A stretch of 64,000 nucleotides of DNA. Origin: Halarcobacter sp. GTDB lineage: Bacteria; Campylobacterota; Campylobacteria; Campylobacterales; Arcobacteraceae. The stretch is taken from assembly GCA_963676565.1 (NCBI GenBank), contig OY781089.1:3072001-3136000 (forward strand). The letters run 5' to 3'. A model generated the notes under the pieces. That model searched no databases. It was not told the origin of the DNA and saw only the letters and a list, made by a program, of their open reading frames with translations. Both the position numbers and the translations under genes were made by a program. Shown here piece after piece: positions 30,797 through 40,055 of this stretch (its first letter is position 1; each line of letters opens with the position of its first letter).

Positions 30797-31652
30797 CATA
30801 AAAAAGATAGTTAAACTACTTATTCAGATTTTATTTACAGCTATAGCTATAACTATAGTTGTAAATAAACTTGACTTATCCCAAATAAAAAACACCCTAA
30901 GTTCCACAAACTTTTTTTATCTTTTTATAGCATTTTTGATGTTTAATATCTCAAAAATAATTAGTTCTGTAAGATTAAATAGATTTTTTAATGATATTAA
31001 TTTAAAACTTTCACAAAGTTATAATCTAAAGCTTTATTATCTTGGGATGTTTTATAATCTATTCTTACCTGGAGGAATTGGGGGAGATGGATATAAAATC
31101 TATATTTTAAAGAAATATTTCAATCAAAAAATACTAACAATGACAAAAGTGATGTTACTTGATAGGATTTCTGGGCTTATAGCCTTGCTTTTTTTAACTG
31201 GAGTTTTAGGCTTATTTAGCTCTTTTACAAACTATACTTATATTTCCTATCTTACAATAGCTGGTGTAATTTTAATTTACCCTATTACAATATTACTTTA
31301 TAAATATAAATTTAGTGAGTTTTTAAAAAGTTTTCAAATAACAAACTTTCAAGCTTTACTAGTACAACTTTTTCAAGTTTTTTGTGCTTATTTTATAGTT
31401 TTGTCATTTGGGGGAAGTAATGATATTTTTGATTTATTAGTAATTTTTCTAATCTCATCAATAGTTGCTGTTTTACCTTTAACTGTAGGGGGAATTGGAG
31501 CTAGAGAGTTAACTTTTGTATATCTTTTACAATTTCTAGGGAAAGAACCAACAATAGGTGTTGCCCTTTCTGTTATATTCTTTTTAATTACTGCTTTATC
31601 TTCTTTTATTGGAGTTGCATTTATAAACTACAAATGGTCAAAAAAGCAGTAA
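30780..31652 (+). CDS. Lysylphosphatidylglycerol synthase TM / flippase-like membrane protein
   Basis: FYNLFLPGGIGGD, DR..G, P...GGIG.RE. Confidence 0.85.
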   Translation: MKKKTNIKKIVKLLIQILFTAIAITIVVNKLDLSQIKNTLSSTNFFYLFIAFLMFNISKIISSVRLNRFFNDINLKLSQSYNLKLYYLGMFYNLFLPGGIGGDGYKIYILKKYFNQKILTMTKVMLLDRISGLIALLFLTGVLGLFSSFTNYTYISYLTIAGVILIYPITILLYKYKFSEFLKSFQITNFQALLVQLFQVFCAYFIVLSFGGSNDIFDLLVIFLISSIVAVLPLTVGGIGARELTFVYLLQFLGKEPTIGVALSVIFFLITALSSFIGVAFINYKWSKKQ

Positions 31653-31662
31653 TATTTCCTTT

Positions 31663-33330
31663 TTAAATAGGAACTTTTACAGTAAAACATGCTCCTTTTT
31701 CAGTGTTTTTAACTCCAATATAACCATTCATATTTGTTTCAATTATATTTTTTGACATATAAAGCCCTATTCCTGTACCTTGAGATTTATGTTTTGTTGT
31801 AAAATATGGTTCAAAGACTCTATCTATTATCTCTTTTTCAATTCCCCCTGCATTATCTTCTATTTTAACTATATGACACTCTTTGCCACTTTTTATCTCG
31901 ATTACTATTTCAGGATTTTTAATTTTTCTAAGGATTAAAACATCTTTTGCATTATTTAAAATATTTAATATAACTTGTGAGTATTCATTTTCGTATCCAT
32001 TAACTTCTGCATCATCAATCACATTCATTGATAGTTTTATATTATGATAATTTAAAGAACTTTTAATAATGAAGTGAGCTTTTTCACAAGTATATTTTAC
32101 ATTAAAGATTTTCTTTGCCTCTTCTGGTCTAAAAAAGTTTTGAAAATCAGATATAGTTTGGGTCATATATAAAGTCAAAGCATCAGCTTCATCTATTTTT
32201 TCTTCTAAATACTCTTTTGTAAATTCATTAAATTCATATGTTGCAAGCATATTCATATGAATAGCAGAAATCTCACTTAAAGGTTGTCTCCATTGATGTG
32301 CAATATTTCCAATCATCTCTCCCATTGAGGCTAGTTTTGATTGCTGTATTAGAATCTGTTCTTGTTCCATTCTTTTATCTATCTCTTCTTGAATTTTATA
32401 TTCTAGGTTATCTATCATATCATTCATCATAATTTTTAATTCATTTAAAATTGCACTATCAGATTTTTTTGTAAGTCTCATACCAAGGTTTCCACCTTTT
32501 ATATTTTTTAAAACTTCTGTAGCATCTTTTATTAGAATCTCATTCTTTTTAATATTATCTTCAACATTTTGGAAATTTTGATTAATAGATTCTGCCATTT
32601 GGAAAAACTCATCTTTAGAGTGAATTATAATTTTTTGTGCTTTATCCTTTTTATAATTTAGATACTCAAAAAATTCATTTAAACCCCTTTGAACAATATT
32701 TAAAGAAGTTATAATATTGTTTGAAACAAGCCAACCTGCAATAATAGAAAATAGCATTACAACAAGAAAATAAATAGCCACTTCTATTATCAATGATTTT
32801 GATTCTTCAACAGCTTTCATATAAGAATTTTCTACTTCATTTAAAAGTTCACTTTGAATAGAAAGTAAATGATTCATCAAAAGGTCAAAATGTTTTTTAT
32901 CTTTTGTTGAAACATTTATATATGCCCCTTCTTCAAAGCCTCTTTTTAAATATGCTTGTGTTCTTTCAATAACCTTTTTATAGTTATTCCACAAAATAGA
33001 TGTTTTTTTATTTTCTATTTTAATTTTCAAAAAAGAGTTATCAAGTTTTTCTACTAAAAGATTTATATCTTTTTGAATTATTGATCTTTGTTTTTTATTC
33101 GGAGCAATTACAATTGACTGATTTATTCCTCTTAATTTATATAGTGGAGCTATTATATTATCTTGCAAAAGTAAAGTTTTTTCAGATTGAATATAAACAT
33201 CTTTTAATCTATCTTTTGCTTTTTCACTTGTATTTATTGAAATCCATCCAAAAATAAAAACAGAACAACATAAAATTATAAAAAGAATACTCAATTTTGC
33301 TTTGATATTAAATCTATCAAACAGTTTCAT
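31663..33330 (-). CDS. Sensor histidine kinase (periplasmic four-helix sensor, HAMP-like domains)
   Basis: Two TMs; IAHQWRQPL, NAKD, EDNAGG, FTTK, GTGIGL. Confidence 0.9.
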   Translation of the reverse strand: MKLFDRFNIKAKLSILFIILCCSVFIFGWISINTSEKAKDRLKDVYIQSEKTLLLQDNIIAPLYKLRGINQSIVIAPNKKQRSIIQKDINLLVEKLDNSFLKIKIENKKTSILWNNYKKVIERTQAYLKRGFEEGAYINVSTKDKKHFDLLMNHLLSIQSELLNEVENSYMKAVEESKSLIIEVAIYFLVVMLFSIIAGWLVSNNIITSLNIVQRGLNEFFEYLNYKKDKAQKIIIHSKDEFFQMAESINQNFQNVEDNIKKNEILIKDATEVLKNIKGGNLGMRLTKKSDSAILNELKIMMNDMIDNLEYKIQEEIDKRMEQEQILIQQSKLASMGEMIGNIAHQWRQPLSEISAIHMNMLATYEFNEFTKEYLEEKIDEADALTLYMTQTISDFQNFFRPEEAKKIFNVKYTCEKAHFIIKSSLNYHNIKLSMNVIDDAEVNGYENEYSQVILNILNNAKDVLILRKIKNPEIVIEIKSGKECHIVKIEDNAGGIEKEIIDRVFEPYFTTKHKSQGTGIGLYMSKNIIETNMNGYIGVKNTEKGACFTVKVPI

Positions 33331-34973
33331 TATTTAATCCTTAGGGGTACTATAGGTGTATGAAAATCGATAGGATACTTTTTCTCTTCTCTTACGGACC
33401 AATGGTTTTTCGTAATTTTTGTTTTCCATAGTGGAGCAATCCCTCCTGCATATGGTTCATATATAACTTCTTTATTAACAGCAATTACTTTATTATGAGA
33501 AGGAACTCTTAATGTATAAGCCATATCTCTAGCTCTATTTAAAATTTTAGAAACAATATCTTCATAACTTGAACTATTTATTTTTGTAGTAAAAAATTCA
33601 TCTATGTACTCTTTCATAAACTTGTCATTTGGAATAATAGACCAAGGAGAGTCATTTTCATAAATAAACATTACTGTCCAAGGGTTTTGGTAATACCAAT
33701 CATCATCACCCCAAGCTAACAAATCCCAACTTTTGGTATTTTTTGAAGATCTTGTATTTAAAAGTTGCTCATAAATATCTTTTTCACTAGTGGTAACATC
33801 ATAAACTAATTTCACACCATATTTTTCAAGTTGATACTCTATTCCTCTCCATAAAAACATAAACCTATCTTGAGTAAAAACATTTAATACTAATCCATTT
33901 AATAATTGATGTTTTTTTTCTTCTGACATGGTATGAGTTTTATACTCATTTTTTTTTGCAATCTCTTTTACCACTCTAAAGTTTATTGATGTAGCAAAAG
34001 GGGATATTGTTCCTTCTTTTTTATAAATAAAATTTAAAATATTTTCTTGATTTATTGCTTCATTTAACGCTAATCTTATCTCTTTATTTGCTAGTTTTTT
34101 ATTTCCATTTATAAGATTGAAAAATATAATAATATTATTGGTTGATTCTTTTATCACAAGCTTTGAATATTTTGACATCACAGCTTCAATTTTTTTATCA
34201 AAAGGGATTGGGGAAACATCAAGTCTACCCTCATAATTTACTACATTCTCAAAAGCCTCTTCTGTATTAAGTTGAGTATATACTGTAACTTTTTTTATTT
34301 TTGGATACTGTTTATCCCAATAATATGGGTTTGCTTCTAAAACTATCTTTTCTGTTTGTTTTTTACCAACAGCATAACCACTTTTTAATATATAAGGTCC
34401 CATCCCATAAGGTCCAGGTTCTTGAGTTCCAGTTTCAGTCTCTTCAGCTTTTGTTGGATACTTCTTTAAATACTCATCTGTAAAGAAAAAAACCCTTGCA
34501 AGGTCTGTAAAAAAAAGTTCATATTTTTGTTTCAATTCTATTTTAAGTCTATATTCATCCACTTTACTTATCTCAAAATCAATTTTATCTACATTTGAAA
34601 ATAAAAAAGGATTCTTTTTAAAATGATTAAGGTTGTTTATTGCAGAATCAATTGTAAAGGGCGTCCCATCTTGAAATTTTAGATTTCTTTTTATTTCAAA
34701 TATATAAGTATAGTCATCAACTCTTTCATGTGACTTTGCTAAATCATAAACCCAACCTCTTTCATTATCATCAGAACGAATTAAACCTGCATTTGTATTT
34801 TTTGAAATATAAATATAAGGGATACTTGGGAAAAAAACTTTTATATGAGATTTTGGATGCATATATTCAATGGCATTTGAAGAAGAAGTATCTTCTTTAA
34901 AAATCTCATCATCAAGAGCATTTGAATAAGAAAAAGCTAGAATAGCAACTAAAATAAAAAATGTTCTAACCAA
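33330..34973 (-). CDS. Family-5 solute-binding protein embedded in a two-component operon
   Basis: Signal peptide; LA.S.E..D..TY.F.I....KFQDGTP, G.GPY.L, LEANP.YW, IR.ALN.AIN; no permease or ATPase genes adjacent. Confidence 0.85.
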   Translation of the reverse strand: MVRTFFILVAILAFSYSNALDDEIFKEDTSSSNAIEYMHPKSHIKVFFPSIPYIYISKNTNAGLIRSDDNERGWVYDLAKSHERVDDYTYIFEIKRNLKFQDGTPFTIDSAINNLNHFKKNPFLFSNVDKIDFEISKVDEYRLKIELKQKYELFFTDLARVFFFTDEYLKKYPTKAEETETGTQEPGPYGMGPYILKSGYAVGKKQTEKIVLEANPYYWDKQYPKIKKVTVYTQLNTEEAFENVVNYEGRLDVSPIPFDKKIEAVMSKYSKLVIKESTNNIIIFFNLINGNKKLANKEIRLALNEAINQENILNFIYKKEGTISPFATSINFRVVKEIAKKNEYKTHTMSEEKKHQLLNGLVLNVFTQDRFMFLWRGIEYQLEKYGVKLVYDVTTSEKDIYEQLLNTRSSKNTKSWDLLAWGDDDWYYQNPWTVMFIYENDSPWSIIPNDKFMKEYIDEFFTTKINSSSYEDIVSKILNRARDMAYTLRVPSHNKVIAVNKEVIYEPYAGGIAPLWKTKITKNHWSVREEKKYPIDFHTPIVPLRIK

Positions 34974-35649
34974 TTTTATATCCTATCCCAGAAAGATTAT
35001 TTATTATATTTGTAGGTAGTTTTTTTCTTAAATGTAAAACTACAGAGCGTAAAGCACTATCTGTCATAACAAGTTCTTGCCAAACCTTATCTTGTAATTC
35101 ATCATAGGTAACAACTCTATTTTGATTTTGCATTAGTAACTCTATAAATCTAATCTCTTTTTTATTTAAAACTATTATCTCACCTTTGTATTTTAGTTTT
35201 TTAATACCAAAATCGTAAGTATAGTTTTCATCACTTTCTAATTTAATTACTTCATTAATATTTAATGATTCAATACACTTTCCTAAAGTTTCAAAAAGCA
35301 TTTTTGTAGTTATTGGTTTTACAAGATATTTTTCCATATGTAACTCTACTGCTTCTAATAAATATTTCTTTTCTGTATGTGCAGTAATCATAACTACAGG
35401 AGTGGTTTTATCGACTTTTCTTACTTCTTTTATAAACGTGATCCCATCCATTAAAGGCATATGTATATCACTTAAAATAATATCAGGTTTTTTTTCAAAA
35501 TAAAGGTCTAAAGCTTCTTTTCCATTTGTTGCTTCATAGACTTCTTTTGAGTAATATCTAAGTGTTTTTAAAATGTTTTTTCGTATACCATCTTCATCTT
35601 CTGCATAAAGAATTCTCAAAGGTTTTAATTGTAATTTTACGTTATTCAA
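34966..35649 (-). CDS. OmpR-family response regulator
   Basis: AEDE, LSDIHMP, ITA, LVKP, winged helix GIGY; TTG start after AGGAG. Confidence 0.93.
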   Translation of the reverse strand: MNNVKLQLKPLRILYAEDEDGIRKNILKTLRYYSKEVYEATNGKEALDLYFEKKPDIILSDIHMPLMDGITFIKEVRKVDKTTPVVMITAHTEKKYLLEAVELHMEKYLVKPITTKMLFETLGKCIESLNINEVIKLESDENYTYDFGIKKLKYKGEIIVLNKKEIRFIELLMQNQNRVVTYDELQDKVWQELVMTDSALRSVVLHLRKKLPTNIINNLSGIGYKIG

Positions 35650-35667
35650 AATCTTCTCCTAGTTGTA

Positions 35668-35710
35668 AAACTTTTTTTATTATACCAGCGAAACTTTTTT
35701 TATTATACCA
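35668..35710 (-). promoter_or_regulatory. Tandemly duplicated 20-bp extended -10 promoter
   Basis: Two perfect copies of TGGTATAATAAAAAAAGTTT (minus strand) separated by 3 nt. Confidence 0.75.
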
Positions 35711-35819
35711 AATAAAAATTAAACCAATAAATTAAGACAAATTTAAAAAAATAGCAAAATATGTATTTTTTTGCGATTTTTTTCCATTAGAATTAAGGAA
35801 ATCAAAACAAAGGAAAGAT

Positions 35820-36107
35820 ATGCGAAAAATATTATTTACGGCATTAATTTTATTTCAAGCTTCTATGTTTGCTGATGCAGCTACTGCATTTAAAGCTTGT
35901 GTAGCTTGTCATGGAGCAAATGGAGAAAAAGTGGCACTTGGTAAAAGTAAAATCATCAAAGACATGAGTAAAGAAGATTTCATTAAAGCAATGAAAGGTT
36001 ATAAAGATGGAACTTATGGAGGACAACTAAAAGGTATGATGAAAGCTCAGGCTGCTAGATTAAATGATTCTGATATTGAAGCAATTGCAGAGATGATAAC
36101 AAAATAG
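35820..36107 (+). CDS. Monoheme cytochrome c553-like protein
   Basis: Signal peptide, CVACHG, YK.GTYGG..KGMM (axial Met region). Confidence 0.93.
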   Translation: MRKILFTALILFQASMFADAATAFKACVACHGANGEKVALGKSKIIKDMSKEDFIKAMKGYKDGTYGGQLKGMMKAQAARLNDSDIEAIAEMITK

Positions 36108-36120
36108 AAAGTAGGAAAAA

Positions 36121-36678
36121 ATGGAAGCAGTTAAAAGTAATGATTTTTCACAAAGACTAGAAAAGGTATTAATCTTAAAAAATATATTTTCAAGTAAAAA
36201 TGAAGATGAACTATTCAAAGCTTTTTCAGAATTAAATAGTGGTTTAGAAGTTGATAAAACAACTCTTGAATCAGATTTCAATCGATACTTTATAGGTCCG
36301 GATGCTCCAATAGCTCCTCCATATTCATCGGTGTATATTGATAAAACTGATTCACTTATGACAGAAACTACTCAAAAAGTAAGAGATCTTTATGAAATCA
36401 TGGGCTTTAAGAATAAGTTAAAAAATTCTATTCCTGAAGACTTTTTAGGTTTAGAGTTGGATGCTTATTATCAACTACTTTTCATTGAAGAGAAAACTAA
36501 CTATTTATCTGAGATTAGATGTTATTTTTTATTTGAACATATTAAAGTTTGGATTTACGACTTTATAGAGGCTGTGTTATCAAATAAAGATAATCCTTCT
36601 GATGCAATAAATTATATTGTTCAGGAATTAAAATTGTTTTTTGACAACGAATTTAAATACGAAGGAGATTTAAAATGA
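36121..36678 (+). CDS. TorD/DmsD-family redox enzyme maturation chaperone
   Basis: F.GP....APPYSSVY and PED.LGLEL motifs; lies directly before a Tat molybdoenzyme. Confidence 0.88.
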   Translation: MEAVKSNDFSQRLEKVLILKNIFSSKNEDELFKAFSELNSGLEVDKTTLESDFNRYFIGPDAPIAPPYSSVYIDKTDSLMTETTQKVRDLYEIMGFKNKLKNSIPEDFLGLELDAYYQLLFIEEKTNYLSEIRCYFLFEHIKVWIYDFIEAVLSNKDNPSDAINYIVQELKLFFDNEFKYEGDLK

Positions 36679-38954
36679 ATTACGTAAAAGAAAATGTAGA
36701 CTCAATTTTAAATGATGGAGTAAACAGACGTGGGTTTTTAAAAGGACTAGCTGCCTGTGGTGCATTATCTATGTTTCCAGGTGGAAACTTATTGGCTAAT
36801 GAATCTTTAAATACAAAGATTCCTTATTTAGGTAAAAAAAGTTATACAACTTTTAGAAATGCCTGTCCAAGAAACTGTTATGACACTTGTAGTATCAAAA
36901 CATTTGTAAAAGATGGTGTAATGCAGTTTATTGAAGGTGCAACAGAATCAACATATACAAGAGGTGGTTGTTGTGTAAAAGGAAACTCATATGTAAGAAG
37001 AGTTTATTCTCCTAAAAGAATCAAATACCCAATGTTACAAGTAGGTGGTAAAGGTTCTGGTTCTTGGAAAAGAATCTCTTGGGATGAAGCTATTAGCAGA
37101 ATTGGTGACAAACTTCTAAGTATGAAAAAAGAAGATGGACATATGCTAGGCGCTGCACTTACAAAATACTCTGGAAACTTTGGTATTACTCATTACGGTG
37201 TTGAAGGAATGTTTAGTTCTATTGGATATACAACAAGATTTGGTGGAACTCCATGTTGGCCAGCAGGTATTGATGCACAAAATTTTGATACAGGTAATAT
37301 GTGGTGTAATGACCCAGAAGAAATGAAAGATAGTAAATATATCATTCTTTGGGGAGTTAATCCAGCTTCAAACTCTGTTCATAGTATGAAATATATCTAT
37401 GAAGCAAAAAGAAAAGGAGCTAAAGTTATTGTAATTGATCCATTATTTACAGAAACTGCTTCTAAAGTAAATGAATATTATCAAGTTAAAGCTGGAAGTG
37501 ATGGCTTATTAGCTTTAGCAATGGCAAAAATCATTGTTGAAAATAACTTGCATGACAAAAAATGGCTTAAGAAAAACTCTCACGGATATGATAAATTTGA
37601 AAAATATTTAAAAACTATATCAGTTAAAGAAGCTTCTGAAGTAAGTGGTCTTTCAGAAAAAATGATAAAAGAGATTGCACTAGGTTTTGCAAAAGCAGAT
37701 CCTGCAACAGTATGGATTGGATATGGTATTCAAAGACATACAAATGGTGGTTCTATGGTTAGAGCTATTGATGCACTAGTAGCAGTTACTGGAAATGTTG
37801 GTAAATATGCAGGTGGAGCTAGATATGGACACTTAAATACTTGGGGATTTAATTACAATGCAATGACAAATCCTAAACCAGAAGGAAGTATTGGTTATAC
37901 AGGTTCAGCTAAATCTATGGGTGATATTCATGGTGGTGGAGAAGGTGATCATAAAGTTAAATATTCTGATAGATATCTAAATATTAACAAAACAGCTGAA
38001 GGTATTTTAACAGCAACAGATCCAAAAATCAAACTTTTATGGGTTGCATGTAAAAACCCATTAGCTCAAGATTTTGATAGAAATAAAATTATTAAAGCAT
38101 TTAATACTGTTGATATGATAGTTGTTGCTGATCAATTCTTTAACGAAACTACAAAATGGGCAGATATTGTTCTTCCTGTAACAACGCAGTTTGAAGAGTA
38201 TGATGTAAATGTGTCTTATTGGCACTATTGGTTAAGCTTAAATGAACAAGCAATTAAACCACTTCATGAAGTAAAATCTGACCTTGAAATTGCATCATTA
38301 TTATCTAAATATATGAATAAAAAAGAGGCAGGTTCTTGTACTTTCCCTCAAAAATATGATAGTAAAAAGTTAACTATTAAAGAGTTTAACAAAGGTATAT
38401 ATGATCAATTTGGAATTAAATCTTGGAAAGAATTACAAGATGGTCCAAAAAAAGCTAAAGCAGTAATTCCTTTTGCTGATGGAAAATTTAATACTCCAAG
38501 TGGTAAATTTGAATTCTATTCTGAAAAAGCTGTAGAGTACGGACACACTGCATTACCTGAATATTTAGAAGTTAGAAAACCTTATGATAAATATAGATTA
38601 ACAACTCTACACTGTAGATATTCTTTACATTCACAATTCCAAAATTTAGATTGGATGGAAGATATTCATCCTGAACCATTTGTTTATGTGAATCCAGAAG
38701 ATGCAGAATACAAAAGAATTAAAACTGGAGATACTGTAGCAGTATTTAATAAACAAGGTCTTTTAAGACTTAAAGCAAAAGTTACTGATAATACACCAGT
38801 TGGAACATTTATGATGTATGAACAGTGGTACAACAATAGTATTTATAATGTAAATGAATTAGTTGATGATACATCTTCTGACATGGGATCATTTAAAACA
38901 GGTGCACCTGGAATTGCACTACAAGATACTTATGTAAATATAAGAAAAGTATAA
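36675..38954 (+). CDS. Tat-exported Mo/W-bisPGD oxidoreductase catalytic subunit (DMSO reductase family), substrate unknown
   Basis: NRRGFLK Tat motif; CPRNCYDTC...CVKG Fe-S motif; WKRISWDEA; WG.NP; ADIVLP; TPSGKFEF; HSQF; NP.DA. Confidence 0.93.
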   Translation: MNYVKENVDSILNDGVNRRGFLKGLAACGALSMFPGGNLLANESLNTKIPYLGKKSYTTFRNACPRNCYDTCSIKTFVKDGVMQFIEGATESTYTRGGCCVKGNSYVRRVYSPKRIKYPMLQVGGKGSGSWKRISWDEAISRIGDKLLSMKKEDGHMLGAALTKYSGNFGITHYGVEGMFSSIGYTTRFGGTPCWPAGIDAQNFDTGNMWCNDPEEMKDSKYIILWGVNPASNSVHSMKYIYEAKRKGAKVIVIDPLFTETASKVNEYYQVKAGSDGLLALAMAKIIVENNLHDKKWLKKNSHGYDKFEKYLKTISVKEASEVSGLSEKMIKEIALGFAKADPATVWIGYGIQRHTNGGSMVRAIDALVAVTGNVGKYAGGARYGHLNTWGFNYNAMTNPKPEGSIGYTGSAKSMGDIHGGGEGDHKVKYSDRYLNINKTAEGILTATDPKIKLLWVACKNPLAQDFDRNKIIKAFNTVDMIVVADQFFNETTKWADIVLPVTTQFEEYDVNVSYWHYWLSLNEQAIKPLHEVKSDLEIASLLSKYMNKKEAGSCTFPQKYDSKKLTIKEFNKGIYDQFGIKSWKELQDGPKKAKAVIPFADGKFNTPSGKFEFYSEKAVEYGHTALPEYLEVRKPYDKYRLTTLHCRYSLHSQFQNLDWMEDIHPEPFVYVNPEDAEYKRIKTGDTVAVFNKQGLLRLKAKVTDNTPVGTFMMYEQWYNNSIYNVNELVDDTSSDMGSFKTGAPGIALQDTYVNIRKV

Positions 38955-38964
38955 GGAGGAAGTT

Positions 38965-39600
38965 ATGCAAAAAGCTTTTTTAGTAGATAGTGAAAAATGT
39001 TTAGGGTGTAATACTTGTGCAATGGCATGTAAAAACCAATATCACCAAGATAAAGGGATATTATGGAGAAAAGTAAGAGAAATTGGCCATGAAGACTATA
39101 GAACAGATCAAAATAATATTTTACCTACTCTAGTATGGTATGCAAAACCTGAAAAAGTAGATGTTCCTGCTGAAAGATACTATGCATCAATTGCATGTAA
39201 TCACTGTGAAGAACCAGCTTGTGTTGCTATATGTCCTGTTCAGGCTCATACAAAAGATCCAGAAACAGGTATTTGTAAACACGATCAAAGTTTATGTATT
39301 GGATGTGGAGGATGTGTAAAAGCATGTCCATTTGGTGCATCTAAATTCAATGAAAGATTAGGAAAAGCAGAAAAATGTAGTATGTGTTGGGAAAGACAAG
39401 CTGATGGTAAACTACCTGCTTGTGTTCAATCTTGTCCAGTAGAAGCTATTAAACTTATCGATATTCATGATGAAAAATATGCAAATATAGGAGAAAAACA
39501 TCCTTTAGGACTTGATTATGCGGTTGAAGCTCCAACAAGACCAAGTACAAGATTTATTAAACCAAAAATGCCGGATAATATATATCGATTAGAAGGATGA
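38965..39600 (+). CDS. 4x[4Fe-4S] electron-transfer subunit (DmsB-like)
   Basis: CLGCNTCAMAC, CNHCEEPAC...CP, CIGCGGCVKACP, CSMC...PACVQSCP. Confidence 0.95.
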   Translation: MQKAFLVDSEKCLGCNTCAMACKNQYHQDKGILWRKVREIGHEDYRTDQNNILPTLVWYAKPEKVDVPAERYYASIACNHCEEPACVAICPVQAHTKDPETGICKHDQSLCIGCGGCVKACPFGASKFNERLGKAEKCSMCWERQADGKLPACVQSCPVEAIKLIDIHDEKYANIGEKHPLGLDYAVEAPTRPSTRFIKPKMPDNIYRLEG

Positions 39601-39617
39601 TAAGATAAGGATATATA

Positions 39618-40028
39618 ATGAAAATTATATTCACACTTCTTTTTCTTTTTTTAACATTACTTTTTGGCGAGCAAGACTCGCCAAAAGTATGTCCTATAAA
39701 TAAAAAAGATTTTAACTACTACGCTAATCAGAAAGTTGATGTTTCAATTCCTTTAGAATTTTCTTTAGGAAAAAATGAGATAAAAATAAAATTGAGTGAA
39801 ACAGAGTATCCATCAGGATATAATGTTGTAGCTTTTATTGATGTGGAAGTGAGTTCATCAAAAGTTGAACCTGAAGTAGAAAATGGTATTCCAATTACTT
39901 CTATAGAGTTTTTTGAAAAAGGAAAATATGAATTACAATTAAATGTAAATATCATATATAGAAGTAGCTGAGCAGGTGTACAAGTTGCTAGTTTAGCAAG
40001 ACAAAAAATCTCCGTAGCTATTAAATAA
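39618..40028 (+). CDS. Putative exported selenoprotein (136 aa, UGA at codon 118); 117 aa if the TGA is a true stop
   Basis: AAGGA RBS and signal peptide; the frame continues after TGA 39969-39971 as AGVQVASLARQKISVAIK to TAA 40026-40028; SECIS-like hairpin downstream of the TGA; terminator starts at the TAA. Confidence 0.68.
39985..39999 (+). promoter_or_regulatory. Candidate bacterial SECIS element
   Basis: TTGCTA-GTT-TAGCAA perfect stem; loop begins with GU, 19 nt after the UGA. Confidence 0.62.
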
Positions 40029-40055
40029 AATAAGCCCTATAAAATGGGCTTATTT
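40028..40055 (+). terminator. Intrinsic terminator of the molybdoenzyme operon
   Basis: AAATAAGCCC / GGGCTTATTT 10-bp inverted repeat. Confidence 0.75.

Noticed and set aside
39598..39603. TGA ending the Fe-S subunit as another Sec codon
   Set aside because: Immediately followed by an in-frame TAA, and the protein is already complete.
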